Assembly: GCA_934157235.1 (NCBI GenBank)
Contig: CAKPHH010000006.1
Location: forward strand, 9,861 to 73,860
DNA: 64,000 nt
Source of the DNA: an uncultured Bacilli bacterium
Lineage (GTDB): Bacteria > Bacillota_I > Bacilli_A > RF39 > UBA660
Direction: 5' to 3'
Positions 9,401 through 17,730 of the stretch are shown piece by piece; within the stretch, counting starts at the first letter, position 1, and each line of letters begins with the position of its first letter. The position numbers were made by a program, and so were the translations under genes. The notes below the pieces were generated by a model. That model was not told the DNA's origin. It did no database searches and was given only the letters and a program-made list of their open reading frames with translations.

Positions 9401-11072
9401 TTATGATTACATAGTATGGCTTATATTTTTTATAATCAGCACTATTTAGTTCTCTAGTACCATTTACATCTTTATATTTTCTTGCTTGTAGTTCTTGTTC
9501 TAGGGCAAGAGATATTTCTTTGGCTTCATCTAGAGTATTGGCAAAATAACGGATACTGCGATCATTACTCCAACAGTGTGGACATATTTTTAAATATTCC
9601 CATTTACTAGAATTTTTTTCATTAGTCATTAGAACTATTTTCAAATCTTCATAACTATGATAAGCAATCATTTGAAGAATTAAGCCTTCAATGAATTGTT
9701 GTTTATTTTCAGCAGTACCGATAATTGCGGTAATATTTTTTTCCACAAAAGATGTGGAAATAGGAACATTTTCTAGTAATCTTGATTCAGCTCCTAGTTT
9801 ATAAACTTCTTGTAGAAGATTATCGGAATCAATAGAAAAGTGTTCTTGTGGGAAGTTTATACTACCGGCTAATTCAGTAGTACCAATTCCTAAACGTAGG
9901 TCAAGAAAGTCTGGTTGATCAATTTCTCTTTCCCATAAATTTCTTTTCTTACCAAAAATTATTTCTTTTGTTTCTTGAATTGGTAAGTAATTATCTACTA
10001 GTATTTGACGTTGAATTTTCATAGCGTTTTGAATTTCTGTTCTTTTAGAGTCAACATACTTTTTATACATAGCTTGACGAGTTTCTTCTTTTTTGCGGTT
10101 TTGCTTAGTTTGATATATTTTTGTTAAACTTGGCCATAAAATCATTGTAGATAACATTACTCCGGTTGTTATTAAGGATGGAGCAGCTGTTTTAAAATCC
10201 TTTGAACCATCGGCTAAGCCTTGTAAAGCGGTTATTCCGGTAGTTGCTGACATCATGGACATGGTAAGCATTGGACCAACAGTATATATTAGAGGTGTTT
10301 TATCTTCTTGTTGTTTACCAGGAGGTGTATCAATATTAACATTTATTGGTTCTATTTTAGTTTTAAATCTTGGAGCACGATAGAAGTAATCATCTTCTTT
10401 ATAAAATTCAATGTTTTCTTCATCAGGATTATCCATTTCTGTTTGATTTTGAATCCATGGATGATCTTCTTCAAGAACTCTTTGATCATAATTAACAATA
10501 TTACTGATTCGATTAAGGATTATAGAGTCTTTTAAAACTATTATTTTTAGACCCATGATAAAGATAATGTCTCCATACTCTAGTTGTTTAGAGGCAATAG
10601 CAACATTATTAGCATAAGTTCCATACTTACTATTTAAATCTTGAATTACCCAAATTCCTTTGTTGTATACTAATCTGGCTTGTTGTCTTGAGATTAAGGG
10701 ATAATTATAACAGATTGTTGAGGAAGGATCATTTCCAATAGTTATTTCGCAGTCTCCACGGACACGAAGACGATTTATATTAGGTTCGATTGAGGGAGAA
10801 CAATATAATATTACATATTCGTTATCGGTATTTATTTTTAAGAAGAAAAGGCTGTATTCACTTAAGATAGCTGATTCTATTTCATTTTCTCCTAACATTA
10901 TTTTTGTTTCAAAGTCACTCTTTATTTTCCAGTGACCGTCAAACTCTTCAACATTAATTAGATTTCTGGTATTTCCTAAGTAATCGTTATCCGTTATCCA
11001 ATAATTTCCGGCTATTTTAGTTGGTAGTGTGAAATTGTAAATTTTAGTTTTTTTGATAAGTCTAACTATCAC
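6498..11072 (-). CDS. essC: type VII secretion system ATPase EssC/YukB (FtsK/SpoIIIE family with N-terminal FHA domains)
   Basis: 1524-aa ORF with two FHA-like modules at the N-terminus, a TM segment (VGPMLTMSMMSATTGITAL), and multiple P-loop ATPase domains (GLIAGMTGSGKSE etc.). Confidence 0.85.
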   Translation of the reverse strand: MIVRLIKKTKIYNFTLPTKIAGNYWITDNDYLGNTRNLINVEEFDGHWKIKSDFETKIMLGENEIESAILSEYSLFFLKINTDNEYVILYCSPSIEPNINRLRVRGDCEITIGNDPSSTICYNYPLISRQQARLVYNKGIWVIQDLNSKYGTYANNVAIASKQLEYGDIIFIMGLKIIVLKDSIILNRISNIVNYDQRVLEEDHPWIQNQTEMDNPDEENIEFYKEDDYFYRAPRFKTKIEPINVNIDTPPGKQQEDKTPLIYTVGPMLTMSMMSATTGITALQGLADGSKDFKTAAPSLITTGVMLSTMILWPSLTKIYQTKQNRKKEETRQAMYKKYVDSKRTEIQNAMKIQRQILVDNYLPIQETKEIIFGKKRNLWEREIDQPDFLDLRLGIGTTELAGSINFPQEHFSIDSDNLLQEVYKLGAESRLLENVPISTSFVEKNITAIIGTAENKQQFIEGLILQMIAYHSYEDLKIVLMTNEKNSSKWEYLKICPHCWSNDRSIRYFANTLDEAKEISLALEQELQARKYKDVNGTRELNSADYKKYKPYYVIITDDYKTVRDLEILKDVSDMQVNVGFSLIVISPRLVNLPNECKTFISIGDKKSGIFENELVSNKQKEFDADFDLNLNMYECCKQLANIPIDIAKANQTLPLSLTFLEMYNVGMVEQLNILNRWKSNDPTKSLQTAVGVDKSGELFKLDLHEKAHGPHGLIAGMTGSGKSEFIITYILSMALNYHPYEVSFVLIDYKGGGLAGVFQNKETGMKLPHLAGTITNLDTVEMNRSLASIQSELRKRQRMFNEARDKLDESTIDIYKYQALYRKGLVDNPISHLFIISDEFAELKDQRPEFMEQLISTARIGRSLGVHLILATQKPAGVVNDQIWSNSKFRVCLKVQDKSDSMDMIKCPDAASLKNAGRFYLQVGYNELFAEGQAAWAGAQYYPAEKRKKKTDQSITFIDDTGNNIKSLDNKQNEVQVASKGEEITNIIKYIVEEAKQESVSIPQLWLDRIPNNIYVEDLKQKYSYQINTNNINPIIGEYDDPDNQKQNVLTLPLSSNGNAIIFGSAGSGKELMLQTIIYSTITTHDSSEVNFYLLDFGAETLTMFRNAPHVGEVLLSSENEKIANLFKMINQIMDDRKKVFVDYNGSYDFYINHGGKQIPLIVVVINNIEGFLEMYPDYEEALGQITRECLKYGIVFILSTNGPNTVRYRLRQNFAQNVVLQFNDPSDYSSVLPGVRKKEPSKGFGRGLINLDGIFEFQTAYPFKEEKIVDYVKVICNKLNQICEYKAKKIPILPETVTENDVIQSLRGILSIPVGIEKETLEISTISLKNTIYNITGEDITSLQPFISGLAKMILKIQNSKCLILDALSILSDNPPQNTIYDSGNCQTGIEEVLNAITAKQTDNSEDPIVVIITGINTLLTKLDSTKKASFTTAISETSKLGTIKFIVVETIDNIKSLNYEAWYKTNIDLSEGIWIGNGIGNQFTFKVTTNSRLLRAELEPNFGYVITKGKANVVKFLSDE

Positions 11073-11160
11073 TAGAAATCACCCTCTATTCTTTTACTCT
11101 ATGCTAATTATAGCTTTTTTTCTAGCTTTTTACAATAGATAATTAAATAATTAGTGTAGG

Positions 11161-11191
11161 AAAAAAACGTTTCTTTTTTAGAAACGTTTTT
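11161..11191 (-). terminator. rho-independent terminator of pilin-LRR paralog 1
   Basis: AAACGTTTC-ttttttta-GAAACGTTT hairpin flanked by A/T runs. The essC promoter region follows. Confidence 0.6.
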
Positions 11192-11192
11192 A

Positions 11193-13250
11193 CTATTTTG
11201 TTATAGTGATGTCGCCATACCAGTTTTCAACGACTCCTGTTTCGAAGGTTGCTTCACTTGGCCCATCAGTAATTGCTTTCCAGTCAAAGACTCTACCTGT
11301 TTTATTGACAATTTCGACTAAGTCGCCATTCATTAAAACCCAAGGATTATATTTCTGGAAGGCATTTCTTCCAATATAGGTTACAGTGGATGGAATTACA
11401 ACTTTACCAGTTAGATGACAAATCGTAAAGGCATTATCTCCTATTGTTTCAACACCTTCTGGAATGATTACAGATTTAATTTCACTATAGTGGAACGCAC
11501 TGTTTCCAATTGTTTTTATAGTTGAAGGTATTTGAACATTTTCTTTTTTAGCTCCAGAATAACCATACAAGTAAGTATTATCAACGGTTCCATCGGCTTT
11601 TCGACCATAAATGAAACCATCTGTTAGTACTCCATCGCCATTATCAACGCTTGTTAAATAACCAATTGTGAATATCGAAGTACCATCAAATTTTATTTTA
11701 GCAGGTAAAGTTAGTTTACCGGTTAGGCTAAGGAAGTTTAGAGCATTTCTGCCTAATGTTTTTAGAGTTACACCATTTTTCTCTGTAGGTACGGTGATAT
11801 TATTTCGATTTGCTCCAGAGTAACCAATTATTTTTTCATAGTTAATACCACTTTTAGTTCTTTCATAGATCCAAATTTCACCGGAGGTTACTTTATTTAC
11901 ATTAAAGGCTTGAATATCTATAGATGTTACAGATGATGGAATATGAAGTTCTTTTAAACGATTACTGTATAGGGCTGAGGAACCAATGGTTTCTAGACCA
12001 TCAGGTAGATTTATTTCACTGATACCATCATAAGCAAAGGCTAGACTTCCAAGGGTTTTCAAAGTACTTGGAAGAACAACTTTCCAGTCATAAAGAGACA
12101 TACTGGTAAAAGCACCATTTGCTATTGTAGTTAGTTTTACATTTTCTTTTTCAGCTGGAACTATGAATGTTTTATCACTAAATTCCTTTAAATCACCGAT
12201 ATAGCCGATTATAGTACTGTAGTCATATGAACTATCACTATTTCTCTTATATAAGAATGAAGAACTTGGTAAATTATTATTACAAAAAGCACAGGTTCCA
12301 ATAGTGGTGTTTGGTCCAGGAACTAAAGTTGATATATCTTCAGATATCTTATTGTATTTAAAGGCTCTTGCCCCAATCTTTACTAATTCTTTTTGTAAGT
12401 TAAGTTTGGTTATTTGATTATTTAAAAAAGCTTCCTCTCCTATTTCTTGAACATTTTTAGGAATAGTTACGGTTGTTAATTTATTGTAAGCAAAAGCTCT
12501 ATAACCGATTTTTTTAACTGTACTTGATATAACTACGCTTTCTAAGCCCATATTGGCAAAGGTGGCATTATATATTTCGATGATATCTCTATTTTCAATG
12601 CGATTTGGAATTATAACATTTGGTCCACAATTAGGATTATACCAAGTTAGTCTAGCAGTGGTATCACTTAAGTCTTGAAAACTAAAACACTTTTTAGCTT
12701 CAGTCCTACTCATTTCAGTATAAGGAGTTTTGGTTGTGTCTATATTGCCATTGGCATCATAAACAACTATTTTACTTCTTTTACCTATTGGTCGGTAGTC
12801 TACTGTTTTTCTTGTATCTTGAAAAACATCAGTTTTCTTTAGCTTAGTTTTTTCTTGTAGAGCTATTTTCCAACCGGCGATGTCAGCACCATTAAAATAG
12901 TAACTTAAGTTTACTTTATCATTGATTAAATCCATGGCTGTTACAACGTAGGCATCTCCCCAGGTAGCAAATCCACTCTTTCCTAAATTGGTACGATCAT
13001 CTACGAGATTAGCTATATGGATATAGTAAGTCGTATCTGGATCATCTATTTCAAAAGTAGAATTTAGAACTTCTTTTTCAGCTTCATTTATGAAAGTTAA
13101 GGCGCTATTGATAAAAATATCTTTTCTTGAATTTGTTATTACTAAACTGATTGATGGAATAGCAATAGCCATTAGAATACCCATGATGACAATCACCGCT
13201 AGTAACTCAATTAAAGTAAAACCTTTTTTATTAATGTTTCTCATAAGCAT
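11193..13250 (-). CDS. type IV prepilin-like N-terminus fused to BspA-type leucine-rich repeat protein (paralog 1 of 5)
   Basis: N-terminus KKGFTLIELLAVIVIMGILMAIAIPS is a class III signal with a G|FTLIE cleavage/methylation motif. It is followed by repeated IPxSVxxIGxxAF LRR_5-like units and a conserved C-terminus VNKTG..FDWKAITDGPSEATFETGVVENWYGDITITK. Confidence 0.8.
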   Translation of the reverse strand: MLMRNINKKGFTLIELLAVIVIMGILMAIAIPSISLVITNSRKDIFINSALTFINEAEKEVLNSTFEIDDPDTTYYIHIANLVDDRTNLGKSGFATWGDAYVVTAMDLINDKVNLSYYFNGADIAGWKIALQEKTKLKKTDVFQDTRKTVDYRPIGKRSKIVVYDANGNIDTTKTPYTEMSRTEAKKCFSFQDLSDTTARLTWYNPNCGPNVIIPNRIENRDIIEIYNATFANMGLESVVISSTVKKIGYRAFAYNKLTTVTIPKNVQEIGEEAFLNNQITKLNLQKELVKIGARAFKYNKISEDISTLVPGPNTTIGTCAFCNNNLPSSSFLYKRNSDSSYDYSTIIGYIGDLKEFSDKTFIVPAEKENVKLTTIANGAFTSMSLYDWKVVLPSTLKTLGSLAFAYDGISEINLPDGLETIGSSALYSNRLKELHIPSSVTSIDIQAFNVNKVTSGEIWIYERTKSGINYEKIIGYSGANRNNITVPTEKNGVTLKTLGRNALNFLSLTGKLTLPAKIKFDGTSIFTIGYLTSVDNGDGVLTDGFIYGRKADGTVDNTYLYGYSGAKKENVQIPSTIKTIGNSAFHYSEIKSVIIPEGVETIGDNAFTICHLTGKVVIPSTVTYIGRNAFQKYNPWVLMNGDLVEIVNKTGRVFDWKAITDGPSEATFETGVVENWYGDITITK

Positions 13251-13361
13251 TACTCCTATTATCTAGATTTTAACATAGATTAGTTGTTTTTTAAAGAGCT
13301 TGTTTTGTAATACTTGTCTTTACATTTTGACAAAGTAAAATGTTTCCTTTTAGAAATGTTT

Positions 13362-15422
13362 TTATTCATTAGTTACAGTAATGTCACCATACCAGTTTTC
13401 AACAACTCCTGTTTCAAAGGTTGCGGCACTTGGTCCTCCGGTGATAGCTTTCCAATCAAAGCTTTTTCCCGTTTTATTAACTATCGTTGCAAAGTCTTTA
13501 TTGTTGGTACTAGTTTTGTAAAATGACATTCTACCTATTGTTTTCATAGTTGATGGAATTGTTATATCTTTTAATTGACAAGTACAAAAGGCATATTCAC
13601 CGATTTCTTCCACTCCTTCTGGAATAATTACCGATCTTGTGTCGGTGTAATAGAAAGAAAAAGGACCAATGGTTTTGATAGTTGAAGGTATTTGAACATT
13701 TTGTGCTCCAGACCTGGCGTAACCATATAAATAGGTTTTATCAATACTACCATCCGATTTTCTACCATAAACAAAACCTTCTGTTAATACACCATCACCA
13801 TTATCAATACTTGTTAAGCGATTTAAATTAAACATGTCATTTCCTTCAAAAATTATCTTTTCTGGTAAAGTTAGGGTACCTGTCAGCGATAAAAATTTGA
13901 ATGTGGAAGCTCCTAGCGTTGTTAGTTTTACACCATTTTTCTCGCTAGGTATGATGATATTATTTCTATTGGCACCAGAATAACCTATTAATTTCTGATA
14001 ATTAATACCACTTTCTGTTCTCTCATAGATCCAAATATCCCCGGATGTAACGTAATTAACATTAAAAGCTAAGGCACTAATATGAGTTACAGATGATGGA
14101 ATATTTAATTTTTGGAGACGGTTATTATAGAAAGCGTAAGTTCCAATGTACTTTAAATTACTTGGCAAGTTAACCTCAGCAATTCCGGCGTGTTGAAAGG
14201 CGTAATCTGAAATTTTAGTTACGGTGTCTGGTATTACGACCTTCCAATTTTTGGCGGATAAACTTTGAAAAGCTGCCGTACCGATTGTTTTTAATGGAAT
14301 ATTTTCCTTCTCAGGAGGAAGTATCAAGGTTTGATTTGGAAATTCACTTAAGTCTCCAATGTAACCAATTATTGTTGAATAATCATAACTTCCATCAGAA
14401 TTTCTTTGATACATAAAGAAAGCACTATCTAATTTATTATCACAAAAAGCGCAATTGCCTATCTTTGTATTAGCCCCAGGAACTAATGATTCAATAGTAC
14501 CAGTTAATTGATTTTTTTTAAAAGCATTAGCACCAATCGTTTGAAGCGTGGTTGGGAGTGTTAGCTTGTTGATTTCGTTATTTGTAAAGGCTTGAGAATC
14601 TATTCTTGTTACACTGCTTGGAATAGTTACGGTTTTTAGTTTATTATCTTGAAAGGCTCTTGCCCCAATAGTCTTAACTGTTTCTGGAATTCTAACACTA
14701 GTTATACCCATATTTTTAAAAGTATCAGAATATATTTCGATGACAGTTCTATTTTCAATTCGATTAGGAATTATAATGTCTGTTCCACAATTAGGATTGT
14801 ACCAAGTTAGTCTTGTTGTTGTGGCATTTAGGTCTTGAAAACTATAACATTTCTTGGCTTCCGTCCTACTCATTTCAGTGTAAGGCATTTTAGAAATATC
14901 TTTATTGCCATTTTCATCATAAACGACTATTTTACTTCTTTTACCTATCGGTCTATAATCAACGGTCTTTTTAGAATCTTGAAAGACATCAGTCTTTTTT
15001 AGCTTAGTTTTTTCTTGAAGAGCTATTTTCCAACCGGCGATGTCAGCACCATTAAAATAGTAACTTAAGTTTACTTTATCATTGATTAAATCCATGGCTG
15101 TTACAACGTAGGCATCTCCCCAGGTAGCAAAGCCACTTTTCCCTAGATTGGTACGATCATCTACAAGATTTGCTATATGGATATAGTAAGTCGTATCTGG
15201 ATCATCTATTTCAAAAGTAGAATCTAGAACTTCTTTTTCCGCTTCATTTATAAAAGTTAGGACACTATTTATATAGATATCTTTTCTAGATTCAGTTATT
15301 ACTAAACTAATTGATGGAATCGCAACTGCCATTAATATTCCCATGATGACAATTACGGCTAGAAGTTCGATTAAGGTAAAACCCTTTTTACTCATTTTTC
15401 TCATATGAATTACTCCTATCAT
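13362..15422 (-). CDS. prepilin-like LRR protein, paralog 2
   Basis: Same architecture as paralog 1. The N-terminal ~190 aa are nearly identical to paralog 1 at the nucleotide level (approximately 12880-13250 vs 15040-15420). The true start is probably MSKKGFT rather than the upstream M. Confidence 0.8.
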   Translation of the reverse strand: MIGVIHMRKMSKKGFTLIELLAVIVIMGILMAVAIPSISLVITESRKDIYINSVLTFINEAEKEVLDSTFEIDDPDTTYYIHIANLVDDRTNLGKSGFATWGDAYVVTAMDLINDKVNLSYYFNGADIAGWKIALQEKTKLKKTDVFQDSKKTVDYRPIGKRSKIVVYDENGNKDISKMPYTEMSRTEAKKCYSFQDLNATTTRLTWYNPNCGTDIIIPNRIENRTVIEIYSDTFKNMGITSVRIPETVKTIGARAFQDNKLKTVTIPSSVTRIDSQAFTNNEINKLTLPTTLQTIGANAFKKNQLTGTIESLVPGANTKIGNCAFCDNKLDSAFFMYQRNSDGSYDYSTIIGYIGDLSEFPNQTLILPPEKENIPLKTIGTAAFQSLSAKNWKVVIPDTVTKISDYAFQHAGIAEVNLPSNLKYIGTYAFYNNRLQKLNIPSSVTHISALAFNVNYVTSGDIWIYERTESGINYQKLIGYSGANRNNIIIPSEKNGVKLTTLGASTFKFLSLTGTLTLPEKIIFEGNDMFNLNRLTSIDNGDGVLTEGFVYGRKSDGSIDKTYLYGYARSGAQNVQIPSTIKTIGPFSFYYTDTRSVIIPEGVEEIGEYAFCTCQLKDITIPSTMKTIGRMSFYKTSTNNKDFATIVNKTGKSFDWKAITGGPSAATFETGVVENWYGDITVTNE

Positions 15423-15521
15423 CTAGATTTTACCATGGATTGTATTTTTTTTAAAGAGCTAGTTTTGTAATACTTGTCTTTACATTTTGACAAAGTAAAA
15501 CGTTTCCTTTTAGAAACGTTT

Positions 15522-17597
15522 TTATTCATTAGTTACAGTAATGTCACCATACCAGTTTTCAACAACTCCTGTTTCAAAGGTTGCGGCACTTGGTCCTCCG
15601 GTTATCGATTGCCAATTAAAACTCTTTCCAGTTTTGTTAACTATTTTTGTTAGAGAGCCATTACGACTTACCCAAGATATTTCTTTATAGAAGGCTTTTG
15701 AACCGATTTGAGTTACATTTTTAGGTATTACGACTGTTCCTTCTAACTGGCAAAGGTCAAAGGCATTATTTTTGATAGCAGTTACACTATCTGGTATTGT
15801 TACTGATTTAATATAACTACGCGAAAAAGAATTTGGGCCAATTGTGACAATAGTATTTGGTATCATTACATTTTGAGTATTTATTCCACCATAGGCATAT
15901 AAGTATGTATTGTTGATGGTGCCATCAGAATTTCTTCCGTAGATGAAACCATCTGTTAAATTTCCATCGCCATTATCGACTTTTGTTAATCTGTTTTGTT
16001 CAAAAGTCATGGTGCCAGTATACTTTATCTTGGCTGGTAATTTTAAGGTTCCTTTTAAGGATAAATGACGAAAGGCACTTTCACCTAGAGTTGTTAGAGT
16101 TACACCATTTACTTGGGTTGGAACAGTTATATTATTTCTACTTGCTCCAGAGTAACCAATTATTGTTGAATAATCTATTCCAGATGTTGTCCTTTTATAA
16201 ATCCAGATATCTCCTGAAGTTACAGAGTTAACATTAAAGGCCATTGCTCCTATAGAGGTTACAGATGATGGAATTTGTAATTGCTTTAGTTTATTATTAT
16301 AGAAAGCTTCTTTACCAATTGTTTTGACATTATTAGTTAGGTTTACCTCACCTATTGAAGATGATGAAAAAGCACTATTTTCAATAGTCGTTACAGTATC
16401 CGGAATTATTACTTTCCAGTTTGATAAAGCCATACGTTCAAAAGCACCTGATCCAATAGTTTTTAAAGAATAAGTCTGATGGGTTTTACTATCTTCTTTG
16501 GTTGCAGGAATTTTAAATATTTTGTCTGGAAATTCTGATAAGTCACCTATATAACCAGTTACTTTAGTATAGTCATATTTTCCTGAGGCATCCCTGGCAT
16601 AGATAAATGAGGCATTAGGGATATTATTATTACAAAAAGCACAAGTTCCGATAGTTGTGGTTGGGCCTGGGACTAAGATTCCTAGTTCTTCACTTAATTT
16701 ATTATATTGAAAAGCTCTAGCACCGATCGATTGTAGTGTTTTTTCTAGACTTAGTTTAGAAATATTTTGATTTCTGAAAGCTTCGCCATCAATTGTTGTG
16801 ACACTGGCAGGAATAATTACAGTGGTTAGTTTGTTATAAGCAAAGGCTCTGTAGCCAATTGTTTTTACAGATGAAGGAATCATAATATTTGTTAGACCTT
16901 TGTTATTGAAGGCATAAGAGTATATTTCCTCAACTGTTCTTCCTTCTATTTTACTTGGTATAACAACATCTGTTCCACATTTAGTATTATAGAAAGTTAA
17001 CTTGGCAGTAGTAGCATTTTTATATTGGAAACTGAAGCATTGTTTAGCTTCTTCCTGACTCAGTTCAATTTCTGGTTCAACAGATATCTTAATACCACTT
17101 TTATCATAAACTACTACTTTACTTCTAGTACCGACTGGTCTAAAACTAACAGATTTTCGAGTATCCTGATAGACGTCTTTAGCTTTCATTTTGTCTCTTT
17201 CAACTAATGTTATTTTCCAACCTGCTCTATCGACGCCATTATAGTAGTAATTGGTATTAACCTTAGAATTAATTAAACTCATAGTAGCAACGACATATGA
17301 ATCACTCCACTCGGCAAAACCACTTTTGCCCCAGTTACCACGATTATCAACTAAGTTAGCTATATGAATATAGTATGTTGTATCAGGATCATCTATTTCA
17401 AAAGTAGAATTTAAAACTTCTTTTTCAGCTTCATTTATAAATGTTAGAGCACTATTTACATAAATGTCTTTTCTGGCATTAGTAATGACTAGTCCAATCG
17501 AAGGAATGGCAATAGCCATTAAAATACCCATGATAACTATTACGGCTAAAAGTTCAATTAAGGTAAATCCTTTTTTACTGCTAATTACATTTCTCAT
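15522..17597 (-). CDS. prepilin-like LRR protein, paralog 3
   Basis: N-terminus SSKKGFTLIELLAVIVIMGILMAIAIPS, a BspA-like LRR body, and C-terminus GGPSAATFETGVVENWYGDITVTNE. Confidence 0.8.
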   Translation of the reverse strand: MRNVISSKKGFTLIELLAVIVIMGILMAIAIPSIGLVITNARKDIYVNSALTFINEAEKEVLNSTFEIDDPDTTYYIHIANLVDNRGNWGKSGFAEWSDSYVVATMSLINSKVNTNYYYNGVDRAGWKITLVERDKMKAKDVYQDTRKSVSFRPVGTRSKVVVYDKSGIKISVEPEIELSQEEAKQCFSFQYKNATTAKLTFYNTKCGTDVVIPSKIEGRTVEEIYSYAFNNKGLTNIMIPSSVKTIGYRAFAYNKLTTVIIPASVTTIDGEAFRNQNISKLSLEKTLQSIGARAFQYNKLSEELGILVPGPTTTIGTCAFCNNNIPNASFIYARDASGKYDYTKVTGYIGDLSEFPDKIFKIPATKEDSKTHQTYSLKTIGSGAFERMALSNWKVIIPDTVTTIENSAFSSSSIGEVNLTNNVKTIGKEAFYNNKLKQLQIPSSVTSIGAMAFNVNSVTSGDIWIYKRTTSGIDYSTIIGYSGASRNNITVPTQVNGVTLTTLGESAFRHLSLKGTLKLPAKIKYTGTMTFEQNRLTKVDNGDGNLTDGFIYGRNSDGTINNTYLYAYGGINTQNVMIPNTIVTIGPNSFSRSYIKSVTIPDSVTAIKNNAFDLCQLEGTVVIPKNVTQIGSKAFYKEISWVSRNGSLTKIVNKTGKSFNWQSITGGPSAATFETGVVENWYGDITVTNE

Positions 17598-17730
17598 AAT
17601 ATGCTACTCCTCTTATTATGAGTTTATCATGATTTAAATTTTTTTGAAATAGCAATAGACAATTTTGTGATTAGTTAGATTACATTACATATAAAAACAC
17701 TTCTGCAATTAGAAGTGTTTGTTAGTTAGT

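Noticed and set aside
6697-10535. Several 69-125 aa plus-strand ORFs (6697..6906, 8055..8306, 9016..9393, 10308..10535) inside essC
   Set aside because: Antisense to the 1524-aa EssC ORF. Hydrophobic and low-complexity translations typical of AT-rich antisense frames.
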